Source: Camelus ferus (taxonomy: Eukaryota). Taken from it: 64,000 nt of DNA. The notes below the pieces were generated by a model, which did not search any database, was not told the origin of the DNA, and saw nothing but the letters and a program-made list of their open reading frames with translations. Positions 39,480 to 54,866 of the stretch are shown here, piece by piece. Both the position numbers and the translations under genes were made by a program. The stretch is from NCBI RefSeq assembly GCF_009834535.1, contig NC_045696.1, forward strand, positions 87,484,001 through 87,548,000, written 5' to 3'. Position 1 is the first letter of the stretch; every line of letters begins with the position of its first letter.

Positions 39480-42000
39480 TAAAAGTTCCCTCAAAAGTGA
39501 ATGATTAATGCAATTAAAAAATGAACAAAACATAAAGCAAAAGTACAGCAGAGATTACCAGAAAACACTAGTGCAGTTATTTTTAAAAAATTATTGCAAT
39601 AGACAAGCATCTTGCTATACAGAAATAAGACACACAAAAAATATTAACAGGAATATGAGGGATATGGCTGAAAATGAAATATAGATGAAAAAAATACGTA
39701 AACAAAATATAGTGAATAAAATCTCCCCTTACATTTTAAAACAGAAAAGAAAGAATGTTTTGGCCAAAACTGTTAATGTTCAAAATATAAAATTAATACA
39801 AAAAATAGAAAATATGAATAGACAATTTCTATTAAAGCAATTAAATCCTGTGTTGAAAAATTTCCCTTCAAAAAGACACTAGGGACCAGGTGTTTCATGT
39901 TTTACTACCACAAATCCATCCCAAGAGTGAAAATCCTTTTCACATACTAATGGTTTCAGAAGAAAGAAAGAGAAGTCTACTTAACTCATTTTTCAAGACT
40001 GGAAAAGCCTTTACACCAAAGGCATTACAGGAAAACAAAATTACAGACTACTTAATGGTTTATAAATAAAGCTGTGGAAATCTTAAGTAAAATATTAACA
40101 AATTACATCAAGCCATAAATAAACAATTAAATACATCATATCTCATTGATGTATAAAGTTTCACCAGCATCATAAAATTTATCAACGCAGTAATTACCCA
40201 AATTAGGACATTAAGACAGAAACCTGTATAATAAGTATGCTAAAATTAATTTTAAAAATCTACAACCATTTCTGATTGAAAAGCAATGTATATCAAAGTA
40301 GGAATAGATGGACATTTTCTTAACATGATAAAAGATATTTTCCTAAAATATCAACTTCATAGTAAATACAAAACTTTAGAAGACTCCTCTTTCAATTAAA
40401 CACAAGACAAAGTTATCCACAATCACCAGCTCTGTTTTATATGTGCTGTATTTCTTAGCCAAGAAAAATAAATAGAAGCTCTAAAGACAAAAAGGAAAAA
40501 AAAATCCATACACAAGCAATTAGAAGCAATTAAACAAGTTTGTAGTATAGACGATCTACATAGAAATCAGTGGTGTTCCTGATTATTATTACATCAGCAA
40601 TAACAATTAAAAAGTATAACAGAAAATTATGCAAAAAGAACAGTAATAATTTAAAGGTACTTGGTAATACATTTTTAAAAGAAGTTTATTAAGAAAATTG
40701 TATGTTATTAATGAACATAAAAGGAGATGTGACCACAGTAATGTATTATTAAATATTAGAAACATGCTGATGCCCCCTAAAATCATCTATAAATTCTTTG
40801 AAGAACTAGGAGATTGAGTCTAAATTCATGAAATAGTCTAAATTCATTTTCCAAGGGTCACCAAATTGAAACAGAAGAATAATGAGTAGATCTGGCTCTG
40901 ATAAATCAATACTTAAATAGAAAATATGGTAATTAAGAGTGGGATATCAGTGAATGTTTAAGCAAACAGATCTCTGGAATCCAATAGAGTCTCAAATAAG
41001 ATACAATTATACATGTGAAGGGGTAGATGTTGAAGTACAAACTCATCCATAATAGTGCAAAAGAATTACTAATTTACTGCACTACTAAAATAGACTTTCT
41101 AATGGAAAAATATTAGATATGTATCAACAAATATATAATAATTGATAAGCCAAATGTAAAAACCAAAATTTTAACTTCTGAATTAAGTATAAAAATGGAT
41201 TTATGATCTAAAGGTACAAAATTATTTTGAGAGAAAGGCAAATAAGTTACAAATCTTAAAGAAAAATATTAATAAATTTATTCACCTAATTAAATTATTT
41301 TAAAAAATTGGTGTGACAATGTTAAAAACCTCAAAGTTCTGAAAAAGAGAAGGCAGATGGAAAGTATTTGCAATATGTAACAGAAGAAGTATGAATTTCT
41401 AAAATGCATTATAAGTAACATTCAAAACCAATTTGAAAAATACAATTAACTCAAAATAAAAATGGAGAAAGAACATTAAAGTGCAAATTACAGAAGAAAA
41501 CTAAGTGGTGAATAAACATAAGAAACTGATATAGGATCAGACACTGTTAATTAAAGAAATGCAAATAAAAACAAGATATATGTAATTTCTCAACATCACT
41601 GTGGTCAAATGAAGATACTGAGAACACCTAGTGTTGGTGAGGACACGAGGAAACAGGAGCTCTCACACCCCACTGGTGGGAGAGTAGATAGGTGCAACCA
41701 CTTTGGAGCCATTTCTAGCAGCATGGAGAAACTGTTCAAGCTCTTCTACGTCTAACTTGGCCCCCGGGAGCTATGGGCAAGCTTAGCAGGTGCAGCACTG
41801 TACACAGAGTGAAACTTTATTACTAAGGGGAGGTGTATATAAATTGTGATAAATTCAAATGAGAAAAAATTATACAAAAGTTAAAAAGTAAAAACTCAGA
41901 AGAATATATGCGTGGAAACAGAATAACATACCATCTCTTTGAAAAGGAAAATTATGAAATACAAAATGTAAAACAGTAAGAAGAGAAGAGAAATGAGGGA
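39480..42000 (+). mobile_element. L1ME ORF2/3' remnant
   Basis: cactagggaccaggtgtttc; ggaaaacaaaattacagac; aagaaatgcaaataaaaacaag; cccactggtgggagagtagataggtgcaaccactttgga. Confidence 0.75.
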
Positions 42001-43538
42001 AGGAGAGGAAAAGAGAAGAGAGGATTACTTTTCCTTAAGGATTATTTTTAGATTTTAACCTCAAAGTCTCTTATTTTGTCCTACGGATTTTATTTCTTTA
42101 TATATATACATATGTATATACATATGTATATATACACACAGATTTAGTGTATATATGTATGTATGTATATTTGTATTACATATATGTATGTTTTTGTTTC
42201 AAACTTTTTAAGCAAAAAAAAGTTACATAAAAAATTGAGATGCATTTGCACTCAACTCCAGTTCTATTTCTTCATTAATATCCCTGAGAAAACTACCATG
42301 AGTTTAACATGTATCTTTCCAATTCCTGATTTATATTTTTCCCAGATATAACCATATTCAGAAATAGTACATACAGAATTGCTGTGTGCATGTTTCTGTG
42401 TGTCTACTCTGATTAACCTGCTTTTCTATCTAAGATTATATTTTTCCATCTCTGGTGTTAATGCAAAATAATGTCTTCCATTTTATCTGTCAGATAGCAG
42501 TCCATAGCATAAGTAATTGATATTTTAGGTATACATTCCCTTACTGAGAGACACTTAAGTTGTTCCTAATTTTTCAACTGTCCAATCATTAACTATAACC
42601 CTCTGCTGATACCGAATGTGGAAGTCTTCTTGCTGTCAGAGCTTCTGGTTCATGTGCAGTGTCTGTTTAACGATTAAACACACTGAATGACAATGTTCTA
42701 TATTAACCCCATTAGGAATAAGGCTCAGAGAAATTAATGTCTGAAAATCATCAAAGTGATATGTGGGGAGCCAAAATTTGTATAAGGTCTAGGTTATTCA
42801 AGAAGTGATGCTCTAACCAAAGCACTGTACATTGCATACCTGACTCACAGAATTAAATCTTTATGCTATTTATTTTCCCATGTTTTCACAAAGCAAATAT
42901 TTTTCCCAAATGTATAATTTATAGGGATGATGATGAATATCATTCCCTAAATATGCTAAAATCTGACTGATAAAAGGTTTCATTTATAAAAGGAGATCAT
43001 TTTTCAAAATATGTTTACTTGGTTTAAAGGTTACAAAGAAAGATACATTTTGACCTAAAAATGATAGACTGTTTCTAACTCAGTTTAAGACAATCAAATG
43101 ATAAAGAAATAAACTTGGGATTGCTACTGGGTGAAGGCAACTCAAGTTTATCACCCTCAGGTCACAAGTTTGAATCTCCTCAAGCCTATTGCTGATGGAA
43201 AATCACTGCCCTCTGACAGCTATGTACCTTTATTTTTTTTTTTCAGCACAAAACAGTAAGAATCAGCATTTTCATCTCTGCACAAAAAGTTTCAGTTACA
43301 AAATAAAAATAAAGTGATGGTCAGCTCCTATCCTCTCAAAACCATAAAAGTTTCTCTCAAAAAGAGAGAAAAAAATGGGTTTACAATCAATAAAAGTTCT
43401 ATATTTGAATAATAGAAAAAAATGTTCAGTATGTATACCTGTGTTGGAAGTGGGGAGTTGATAGGCGTAGAGAAAAATCCTGCACAGCAATGAAAATAGG
43501 TAAAAGCTAAATTCACCCAAAAAGGGATTGGTGCAAAC

Positions 43539-43727
43539 CTGGAGATCTTCTTTTCCAATAACCAAAGATTCCCTCACTCTTCCACCATATTTGCTTTCAT
43601 CAGAAAAATAGACAGGATACGGCCGAAATTCTCCCTTAAAGGGGGCATTAAGGAGCAGGTGGATATCTATTACTATTTTCATAGGGTAAATTTGGCTACA
43701 AGTTTCTTGGATATATATTTGCAGGGA
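43539..43727 (-). pseudogene. Pseudo-exon: SLQIYIQETCSQIYPMKIVIDIHLLLNAPFKGEFRPYPVYFSDESKYGGRVRESLVIGKEDLQ
   Basis: Fully open segment inside the 173-aa ORF 43296..43817; acceptor at 43727 (alternative 43666); donor CAG|gtttgc, phase 0. Confidence 0.6.
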
Positions 43728-44129
43728 CTGTTTATTATTTAAATATGTAAGATACATAAAGCATTTAGCATAGTAAAAGTAAATTTTTTTAATATCATCA
43801 AAATAAAACATTTTCATATTAACAGTTTCAAGCTGGCCCTAAGATATCAATACAGACTTTCCTGTAGAGAACGTTTATTTCCTTTCTAAGTCACCCTGAT
43901 TTTCATATGCATATAAATTTTTTTAAGTTAATGCATATTTAAGAATGCTTCACTCATATAAGAATAAGCATTTTTTAAAAGTGATTGTTCCTTTAAGTGC
44001 TGCTAATTAGGGCAAAAATAAGAAAAATATATTTGCTACATATATGTCAAACAATTTGTATAGCAAATAAATAACTCATGCAAACCTATGGGAAATAAAG
44101 CAGTAGAAGAGGTAAATTATAAAATAACA

Positions 44130-44900
44130 TGGATTTTCCAAGAAGAGAAAATGTGAATGGTCAATAAGTATAAAATAATCAGTATCTTTAGAATTTACGG
44201 CAATGCCATTGAAAACAGTAAGAAATCATTACAAACCCACCAGGCTGGCAAAACTAAAGGTTAGACAATGACAAGATTAGTCCAGGATCCAGAGCACCAG
44301 AAACTCATTCATTGCAGATGAAAGAGAACCTTGATACAGTCCCTTTGGAAAACAATTTCATGTTACCTAGTAAAACTCAATAAGATCACACCCCGATCCA
44401 GCAAATCCACATCAAGTATATAATCTAGAGAAACCCTTGTTCGTTAACCAAAGACCTGTACAAGAATGACCACAATAATAGTGCTTGTAATAACAAGAAA
44501 CTAGAAACGACTGAGATGTATTTTGAAAGGAGAAGAATGAATAGTAGTGTACCCATAAATAGAATACTGTGTAACAGTAAAAATGTATAGACTACATCCT
44601 ACACATTATTATAACTGCATCTCAAAAATATGATGTTGATTGATCATGTAAGTCTCAAAGGAATACTATATGTATGATGTTACTTACATAAAGTCCCCAA
44701 ACTAGCAAAATTAACAGTATGTGTTTTACTAATAAATACACATGTAGTAAACAATAAAGTAAAGCAAAGGGATGATAACAATATTCAAATCAGATTATCC
44801 TTGGATTAAAAAGAGTGGGATCTGATTGTGAACATGTACAGAGAGACTTTCAAAGACCTTGGTGATATCAGTATCCTATTTCTTTACCATTTTCAAAAAT
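44130..44900 (+). mobile_element. L1ME 3' remnant
   Basis: cccaccaggctggcaaaa...ccctttggaaaacaattt...gatccagcaaatccac...atctagagaaacc. Confidence 0.75.
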
Positions 44901-46043
44901 ATATAACTGACATAACAAACAAATGAATGAAACCAAAAGACATATAGATGTTTCACAGGGCTGTAAGAGAGGTAAACTGGGAGATGATTTGGTTTTCCTT
45001 TTTAAAGGCAGAAGGGAGCTAGTCTTTTGTTGCATGAAGAAACTAGAAGCACAAAGGGAAAATTAATGGTCCATTAACAGTTTCATGAGTCAAGCTTTAT
45101 GACATAACTGTCCCTACAGGAAGAGATTTCATGGTATCAGTGATGGCTGTTGGGAATCAGGACTGGGGAAGAGGGGAGGAGACTGAAGGGAAGGATACTT
45201 ACAGCATGTATGCAAAAGGGAACGAATTTGCCTACATATCAGTAGCTGATTTTTATATCAAGAGTTTCTCTGCAATTAAAAGGCTTTGAATGCTTAGTTT
45301 CAAAGACACATAGGTTAACCAGCAGTTTAAAGAACTGTAAATTGTTGGATAATGATATCAGTCTAGCTCGCTCCATTCACCCAAATAGAATTCTTCAATC
45401 ACCAGCAGTAATTACTTGGATTTTAGCTTTTCAAGCACCAAATCCAGATCATGATCAATAGCGAGGAAAAAAAAAGATGTAAATGAAATGCTGTCACTGA
45501 TAAGTTCTGTAACATCAGTGAAGTCACTCTGCCTTTCTATAATTACTTGTTGGTTAAATGAGATTATATGGGATCATATCCAAGAGCCTCCTCTAATATC
45601 TTTGTTTTGTTCTAATATCTTCGATTCTGTAATAATTTACATGACGTACTCTTTTGGTAAATGTGGGCAATATATCTACAAATGTATTAAAAACATAATA
45701 ATTGTAATCATGAAACTTTCTTTTGTTTCTACATCTGTTAAGCCTTTACCTAATGTTCTCTCTGAAAAAATAAATCCTTAATGAAACACACTGAATTCAC
45801 TCCACTTTTGTAAACAAAGATTAATGAATGTTAAAATTATTGATTTATGTGTGAGCTAATATAATATCACATCTACAGATAGCAAACATTATGGTTATTG
45901 ATGTATAGAAATGAGCAATTTGCAAGTTCTATTTCAGAATAAAAGTTTAAGAGTAATGAAATCCTCATATTCACAATCAACTTTCTACCATGAAGAAATA
46001 ATAAACCTTGCCTTGCTTTATTCTGCTCTCATTTAAAGTTTAC

Positions 46044-46421
46044 CTTGCCCTCTAGAAGTTATTCTCTATCTCACTGAAAAGCCTTCCTGCCAATTTTAAG
46101 CCTCAAGTGAAAGATGCATGATCAGAATTTTGTCAGTGCATTAGTTTCAGTTCAATATGCAGATCATAATACACATTTGTTTAGAAGCCAATTAATGAAG
46201 TGGATTAGTTTCTTTATCTGGGAGGGTAAGTTAATACTTCAAACAGATGATGGAAGTAAGTTTCCTTTTAACTTCCCCCTCTTCCTAAAATTTTCTGGCA
46301 CTAAAGATGAAAATTTCCAGTTCTGATTCCATACATGACACCCGGTTCTTGTGCACAGCAAAACAATATGTCACTAACCAACAAAGCAGATGTGTGAATG
46401 ATGCTCGAACTTTCCCTTTGC
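46044..46421 (-). pseudogene. Probable pseudo-exon; 3' boundary and frame uncertain
   Basis: Acceptor ctgtctttcctttaaaag| at 46421; candidate donors after 46342, 46335 or 46044 (AAG|gtaaac); reading frame ambiguous. Confidence 0.3.
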
Positions 46422-49005
46422 CTTTTAAAGGAAAGACAGTTTCATTTAATAAATGACACAAGAAATGAAAAGAAAAGGCTGAATGCCTGAAAGTAAAGAT
46501 CTCCATGTTTATTGTGGACTGAAATAGGGCCAATAATTCTGTCAATTCTATTAGCTTCCACCTCCCTCTTTCTGTACCTGCATGGATTTTAATTGACAGC
46601 AGTGCTGAGCCCACCAACATTACTGCCATCAAGGAAGAGTAGGTAAGTCATGGTGAGCTAAAACAAAGAAATTGCTTTCTGGAATTGCATGTTTGATATA
46701 TTCATAACATTATTTGCCTAAACAAATTCTCTATGGAGTGTTCCTCTTTTATTCTCCCTTAAATTGATAGCAAATGCTTCGCTTTAAAATTCAAAGCCCT
46801 TATGACACATATTGATCAAGGTCTAAAGAAATATTATTTAATATCTAACAGAAATGATCAACTCATACATCACAAAAAACTCAGTCTTTTTTAATAACCA
46901 AAACCTGCCTTATCTTTATTTTTATCTTTCTAAATATACACATCCATAGAAGAGATGAAGCAAATAATACTGTGAATTGATTCTACCCTTACTCTTGAAG
47001 TTTCTCATATTTCTTGAAAATAGATTATAAGAGGGAGAGAGTATATGGCTATGCACAGGAGCTAACAGGAGAGATTAATCAAATATAAAAATATCTTTCA
47101 GATTTTTATATAGTTAGTATAATAAGTCATGTTTGAGGCTTATAATTGGACTGAATTGAAATAAAGCAAGTTCTAAAAATTTACTGACTACCATATATGG
47201 TAGATTTCATTTCCTATTCTTTGGCGAGAGGAAGCAACATTTCCTATGACATAACTTAAACATGCTCATACTATTTCTGTTTATAATAATGTATTTTCAG
47301 CATGTGTTAGTACATTTTGAAAAGAATTTGGAAAATATATATACTCATTCATACTTTACAAACGCAGAAACTAGGGCTGATAAAACTGACATCCCATAGC
47401 TAGCAAATGGCAGAGCTAGGATCTGCTTTCTGTGCCCAAAATAATTTTTTTCAGTTGCCAGTATTCCAAATTCAGCAATCTTTATATTCAGTTTTATCAA
47501 CAAAAACCATCTCAACTCCAAGATTAAAAAGAAATGTATAATTCTCTTTTGGGAATATGGATGTGTGAAATCATGTTATACATGTAACACAATAAAAATA
47601 CAGCTATTTCTTTCTAATCTGTCTTCTGAGTCCCCTACCTAGTGAAAGAAAGGGCTGTAATCAGATAAGCTTTAAATTTATGAATCTCAGCATTTCCAGG
47701 TTTTAATGCTCCCTGTTAAAGGACTGATGATTTCCAATACAAATGCAAACACTCATATTAAACTCCATTATAGAACCAAGTTGCGTCTGAGTATCAAAGT
47801 GTCTAAGTCTATGGACACTGGGCATTATGTGCACTGGGTGGCGAGGTCCACATGTGTCATTCTCTGGTTCTGAGTAGCAGAGGTGTGTCCCCTGAACTAG
47901 GTCCTCCAAACTATGATCCTTCTCCTCATGTCTTTGATATTTAATGGTGTCTATTACTCATCTCTTGCCATACCACTGCTTATGGGCATCAGGATTCTGC
48001 CTGAGCAGATCCTCTGAATGACCTCTGTGAAACAGAAGTCCCATCACCAGGGCGCATAGAAACATCTGGATCCCTGCACACTGGATTTGGGAGGCGAGGA
48101 GCTAATGAGACAGTCACTTCACACCACTGCCATGCCATCATTCCTTTCTTGCCAAATGTGGCCAACTGCAGGGCTTCTCCCAGAGTCATGGTTCTCAACA
48201 TTGATTGATCATTAGAATCATCCAGAAAGCAATAAAAAAACACCAACCCCCACCCTACTGTTCAAGACTGATTTAATTGTATTCTTTACCATCAGAAAAA
48301 CTAAATCAGAATGTCAATGTATGGGAAACATAACACTGGTATTTCAACAGAGAATCCAGAGGATTTTAACGTGTAGCCAGGACCACTGTCCTCCGGGTAG
48401 GCAGCCTTCCCTGGTCTACTTCCAGGAAGACATCACACCACTCCTCTCTACTCCATGTTCCAGGACTGCCCCAGACCTGTCCATATAGCTCAGCTGTGCA
48501 ATGGGCCCCACTTTCTCTGCCCTACTGCAGATTCCACCAGAGAAGGGAGAAATGGAAGACAGCAAATGTACCGTTTACTTAACATCTCTGATTAAGCCTC
48601 AGACCTCAGTGTTAGTGATTATACCTTAATACTTTTCAAAGAAAAAATAGTACCCATATCAATTATCTATGTCTAAGCTGAAAGTCCTCCATAAGCATGT
48701 ATTCACAAAATAAATCAAGTTCAATAAGGTATAAAAAATAATGGCATGCCTGGATTTAAAGTTTCTCAGTCAAAAAGCAAAAAATTATCATCTCAGGCCC
48801 AACCCAAGAGTAAATAGCAAAATAATGAATTTGATGATATTAAATATGACCAAAGAAAGATTACTACTGTCATTATAAAAAAATTAAAATATACTTGAGA
48901 ATTTCCAAGAATGAAAATATTTAAACCTGACTTACTTGTAAACATATATTAATTTAAAATTCACTTTTCAAACTGCAAAAATACTGTTAAATATATGTTG
49001 CTTAC

Positions 49006-49186
49006 ATCTCTCGTCTTAAAGAGATAATACTATGACTTTCTGTTCTGAACTTATCATTTTTGAACGTTGATGGGGTTGCAAGGCTTCTGTTACGATACAG
49101 GTCATTTCCTCTGAACACTCTGTATGCACATCAAGTAGCTGCCGCTTCTATCACTGCAGCACTGTTTTTCTCTTTGAGATTATTAG
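49006..49186 (-). pseudogene. Pseudo-exon (phase 1->2): NNLKEKNSAAVIEAAAT*CAYRVFRGNDLYRNRSLATPSTFKNDKFRTESHSIISLRRE
   Basis: Acceptor ctttgtcttacctaatctctag|, donor AT|gtaagc, single TGA in 59 codons, several CpGs. Confidence 0.55.
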
Positions 49187-52100
49187 CTAGAGATTAGGTA
49201 AGACAAAGTTTTCCACATACGCAATAGCGTCTAAACCAATTATTCACATTTCCTCTACTTAAACACATTATTAAAGAGTGTGTGTGTGTGTGTGTGTGAG
49301 AGAGAATCTATGTGTTATGCCTGGTTTACGTGGGTAGAACTTCAGGATAACTCAAAAGATGCCTGTGGTCATTTATGTATGGCTTCCCTTGAGTTTTTAG
49401 CTCATTGCTGTGAACACCCAAAACACTTTGCACTGTTTACTCCAGCTCTATTAAACTGAGATTTATGGTCCACTTTTCAACCCAAGAAACTTCCCCAGCA
49501 CCCTGAGCTTCTAACTTTCTGCCCTCTTCCTCCATCAAGGCCATGTGGATTTGTTCTCTTTTCCTACTCTTAGGAATGATCCCAAAGTTCAGATCTCTCC
49601 TATAATCATGGCCAGTTTCTGGCTGATCAATTTATTCATAGGAAACACTTCACTTAATTCTTACTTTCGACTACTATCTCTGCCTCTCTACATCTTCTTT
49701 TCTTTGGAGAGCATTAGACTTCTAATGTTAAAAAATTTTCTTGTTCTGCAGTCCATGTCATTTTCCAAGCTGGTTCTGTCATTTGAATTCCATATTGCTG
49801 CATTGTAAAGAGGCCAAACCTTTCCCATATCTCTAAACTTTTTTGTCTATTTGATTATAAAATGTGTATATAACAATATATATAAAATTTATGTACAAAT
49901 ATACATGTAAATATAAATAAATAAATATATAAAATGCTTCTCCCATCCACATTTAAATTATTTTGAAGTATAGTCGATTTACAACATTATGTTCATTTCT
50001 GATACATAGCATAGTAATTTATTTATATATATAAATGAGTATATATTTATATACATATATATTCTATATCTACTTCTATAGAAGAGCAAATGGCATATTA
50101 TGATAAAGGGCAAGAAAGGGTCCAGCTAACCTACACAGTTTTTTTTTTGTTGTTCAATTTGGATATTTTTTTCCTAACCAATTTACACTTAAATTCTCGA
50201 TGTAAATTTTTTAAAAAGTAAAATAACATTGTTGTTATACCCCTGTCATCCTTCACCCAAAAAAATCTTTGTGAAAATGAACGCCACTGGAGTCTAACTC
50301 TATGCTGTTTGTAATTGAATTTGAAATAACTTTGACATTCTGAAAGTTCAAGTTAGGAAAACAGCAGTTGTTCTGATTGATGACATAATGGTGTGTGTAC
50401 ACATTCTGTCTCCTTCAATAATACTGCTATTATTATAAAGAAAAAAAGATGACTTAGGGTAAGAATGAAATTTTCCTGATTTTTTGCAATAAGAATAATT
50501 TCTTTTTTCTAACCGAAGGCTAAGCTGTCAGCAAAGATATGCCATTATATCAGTATTTATGAAGCTGTTACATTTCCTGTGAATTATATATCATAGTATA
50601 AATGTATTTTTGTCAAAATTTAATTTAATTGCAAATAACATTTGGCATTTTCCAAGTAGCTTATACTTATTTTGCTGTTAAAATAGAAAGTGATCAGAAT
50701 TCTTTTCAATGAGCTCAAGACAGTTTCAATACACTCTAAAGTCCATTAATTTAGAATCAAGAATTTAAATCTCTAATTTACATGTTCTAAAAGCAGTTTG
50801 ATATTGTAAACTGCACTTGAAAGAACAGCATTAAGCAACTCAAGTATATTTTGAGCAACCTTATAGTATTTTGCTATAGTTGTAACCACATAGGAAATTG
50901 TTATTCTATCACCCTCACTTTAGAATAAAATTAATGCCCTTTAGAACTGAGAGGCTTGTTTATTTAATTAGTATGATATAATTCAGCTTCTCACACATTG
51001 TCACACATCTAACTACCTTTTACACAATGATTTGGTGAATTGTAGGAGTTTTGAAAGCAACACTCACAAGTACTTCTCTTTTTAAATGGAAATGCTACTG
51101 TCTCTAAACTATTCTCAAGAACTGATCATTATATTTCTAATGTTACTACTTACATACTCTTTAAGGATTATTCACAACAGTGACTTTGAAATGTTTCTTA
51201 ACATTTAATTGTGTAACAATATATAATTCACACTGTACTTTAGATTCTCATTTAACTTATACATATATATGCAACTGTATCCTAGTAAATCACCTGGATT
51301 TTTCCATTTTCACAACTTTTTATCTTCTATTGTTGCTTCTGAGCTAAGCTATTAATTGCTTCCTGGTAGTACTAAATTCAATATTTAAATTGTTAATTGT
51401 ACCATCATTATGCATATATACACTTTTGTTTCACTGCTGATTCTATAAAGATTTTGATCAAACAACATTAAAAATATTTTTTCCCCTCATTGGCACAATA
51501 TTCTATTTGCTTTTTAACATTTTCCTCTAGGCTTTAAATTTTTTTTTACCTTTCAAAACTATTTAAATCCATTGTTCCTGACATTACTAGTCTGTTCATC
51601 AACTAAATGTGATCTAAGTCCCTTAATACAAATGATATAACTATCCCAGTCAATAGTGAAGTTAAAGGCCTTAGAATAATATCAGATACATGTCTCAAAT
51701 ACTTGATCAGACAGAAGATAGTCACAAATTTTTATGCTTGATTTTTTAAAAATCTAATTTACCAAGTTAACTGGTCTGGAACTGAAGTTTCTATCATCAA
51801 AGTCTTTATTTTCCCAATTGTAATGCTATTAATTCCATGATGGCATGTATTATTTGTAACATAGATGCACTAATATTTTGAAGTAGCAGGTAAGCTGTAT
51901 TTTTACACGCATCAAATAATTATCTAAGGACTTCCAAAAATAACTCACTTAATTCTTATTTTGCAAATAAAAAAGACAAAGCAAAAAGGAGATTAAATAA
52001 TTTAGCCTAAATCACATAGGTAGAGGGAAAACAGAACCAGGATTCTAATCATACAAGATGACTGGAGAGTTTCCCTCTAAGCAGTTCAACAGTACACTAT

Positions 52101-53013
52101 TGTCTGAAAGAACATTGTACCCTGAAAGGAATGCTTTCTCTGCCATAGCTCTAAATTAAATTCTAATCTTCGTGAGTTTGGGGGCCAGCCAGATGAGATG
52201 ACTGCAGACTATACATCCGAGGTGGGGATGGACCATGTGTGTTTTCCATTCATCAGTGGTGATCCTGTTGGGTTGTTGCCTCTCCATGATCAAAATACTT
52301 GGACTCCTTGATGTCCCCTGGCTGGGGTGGGCCAGGTTTATTTCTTACTTACTCTTCAATTGAGGGTACAGACTTGAAACCTATTTTTTGAGGAGAGACT
52401 TTCCTACTAGACTCCCTACATTACACGGACCCTGGGTTTTTCCTCCTGGATCCCAATTCCTGTGGGGTGGTGAAAGACTAAATTTTAAGTTCACTTTGGC
52501 AAATGCCCTCAATATACAAAGCCAACGTAAGGGCTCTACTTAATTATCTGGCTACCTACTTATACTTTGGGGGAAAAAAAATTCCTTTCTTTGTTGCCTA
52601 AAAGCATTTACATTAAAAAAAAAAAAAAACTATCCGGGATATTAGCTGTTTGGAGAATTGATGTGTACTTCAGAAACCGGAGTTTATTTTAGCTTTCTTT
52701 AAAACCGTGGTATCCAAGTTCCCCTCATTTTGACCATGGATGCTTGTGTTCAGTCATATTCAACACGAAAACTTACTGGACATTCTAAGGAAACTTAGAG
52801 AACACAAGAGGAGGACAGAAATGCTTGCATAATAAATCATATCATGTAGTTACTTGGAGTAGTAACGTGTGCTACACTCATGATTTTCTAATGTGAATTA
52901 ATACCCTCGAAATTAAACTTAAGGTCTAAATATGAGAAAAATCTAGAAAGAAAAGTTTAGAGCTCAACTTACAAAAATTTGAAGTCATTTTTCTAACAAA
53001 ATTAACTCAATAC

Positions 53014-53138
53014 CTATAACCCTTATTTTCTTTCTTAATTTGTATACAGATTCATATATTCAGTTTTCAAAATTGTCTTATTTACAAGTACTACGTTGCA
53101 GTTAAATATTTAACAAAGTATATGTGCAAAATACTAAA
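53014..53138 (-). pseudogene. Pseudo-exon (phase 2->1): LVFCTYTLLNI*LQRSTCK*DNFEN*IYESVYKLRKKIRVI
   Basis: Strong acceptor tgtttttgtttcctttccttag|, donor AG|gtattg; phase bridges the flanking exons; 3 stops. Confidence 0.4.
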
Positions 53139-53599
53139 CTAAGGAAAGGAAACAAAAACATCTATTAATAAAAGATTATTAACAGGACAAAAGCTGAGTG
53201 TTTAGACAAATTTCTTTGTCATTAAAGTCAAAGCTATCAAATGTCAATAAAACTGATTATAATTATTTTATTTAAAAATTTACATTTGAAGAAATTTTTA
53301 TGACTAATGTAAGAGAATTTGGATTTTGGATTGGTATTTTAAAATGCTGATTTAGTAAATCAGCAGTGTTTTAATAATGTGGCTGTGTAATGAATGGCTT
53401 AGAATATTTTCCTTCTAAATTTTATTTGTGGAATTCTACAACCACACAGTATCCGTTGAGAAAACGTCAGCTTAAGATACACAGTATTAATGATTTTACA
53501 AATTCTAAGCCTCATAGATCTCGTACAGGTATCTCTATTTAAAGGGACTTATAGGTTCTTATGAAGCATTGAATTAAAAGATGAGGATGAATTTTCTAT

Positions 53600-53932
53600 T
53601 CTTCTTCTGGTGACATGTTTTGGCTAATAGAATGTAATAGAAGCAACAGTGAGCCAGTTCTATGACCAGGACTCAAGAATTTTCAGAGTATACACTCACT
53701 TTCTTGGAAATTTACCACTACCATGTGAATAAACCCAGGCTAGCCTGCTTATAATTGTAGACCCATGGCCCTCTACTTATTTACTGCAGATACACAAGAA
53801 GCCCAGCTAAGATCAACTGAGCCTGGCTCAGAGCTAAAAAACTGCCCCACTGACCTGCCAACTCATGAGCCAAATAAGTGCTTATTGCTTTAAGTCACTG
53901 TTCTGAGATAGTATGTTACATGACAATAACAC
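53600..53932 (+). mobile_element. MaLR LTR (MLT1G/H-like)
   Basis: ttttggctaatagaatgt...ccatgtgaataaacccaggctagcctgc...ttattgctttaagtcactg. Confidence 0.7.
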
Positions 53933-54866
53933 CTTAAAATCACTTAGCGCACTCCAAGTACATTGTAGGAGCACAACTTTTATTAATAACTGTATATTAT
54001 CTAAATTTCCTCTATGTGTTAACATTACACCATCCTGTCTTTGTTAACCCATCTCACCTTGACTTCCATTGCTTTAAATAATTCATTTAACTAGCTAATT
54101 TTTGTACTGTTAATATTATTCATCAAACGGTATTATGTGTTGGTTTTTGCCAGTAAGAAAATAAGAACTAATTGTGAGGTTAGCATACTTAGCACTAGTG
54201 ACACTGTATTTTTTGTTACATATTCTCATTTGACCAATAAAAATACTACCAGCAGACTAGAATTTAGATCAAATGAAACATAATTATTTCCCCTAAAAGA
54301 TGACTGGGAAAAGATGCCTTTAATCTTAGAAGAAAGAGATAAAGTAGCCTCTGTTTCCTATATTTATAGTTATTAGTCATATCAACTCAGAATAAAGTTT
54401 AATTGAACAGCAACTTTATTTAAAGTTTAAATAAACAGCCTTGTTTATTTACTATTTTCCTAGTGTGATAGAGAACATAGAAGTCCTACACATTTTCAGA
54501 ATGAGAGAAAGCTAAAGGTGGAATGAGCCTTAGAGACTCCAAGAACACAGATCAAGAAATGAAAGGATATAACAGTCTTTGTCTAAAAGGACTGATGGTT
54601 TAGTTCAAGTGACAATATGATATTTGTGGAATTAAGGAAAAACATAGGCACCTTTTGAAACAATGGAAGAGAGAAAAAATTAGGAAGAAAAAAACTAAGA
54701 ATATTGAATATATATCAACCATATGTGGCTGCTGAAAAGTTAATCTATTAAATTAGTCAATCAATTGCCCCCTCCAAAACCCCACAAAATGAAACAAAAC
54801 AACCAGAAAAACTTAGGCAACAGTAATAATATTATCTATAATATATACTATAATGCATTATATATA

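Noticed and set aside
43296..43817. 173-aa ORF as a standalone gene
   Set aside because: Only the central part bounded by splice sites looks coding; flanks are F/Y/I-rich intronic sequence
2557..49186. In-frame TGA codons read as selenocysteine or programmed readthrough
   Set aside because: TAA and TAG stops and frameshifts occur in the same exons and I saw no SECIS-like element; pseudogene decay is simpler
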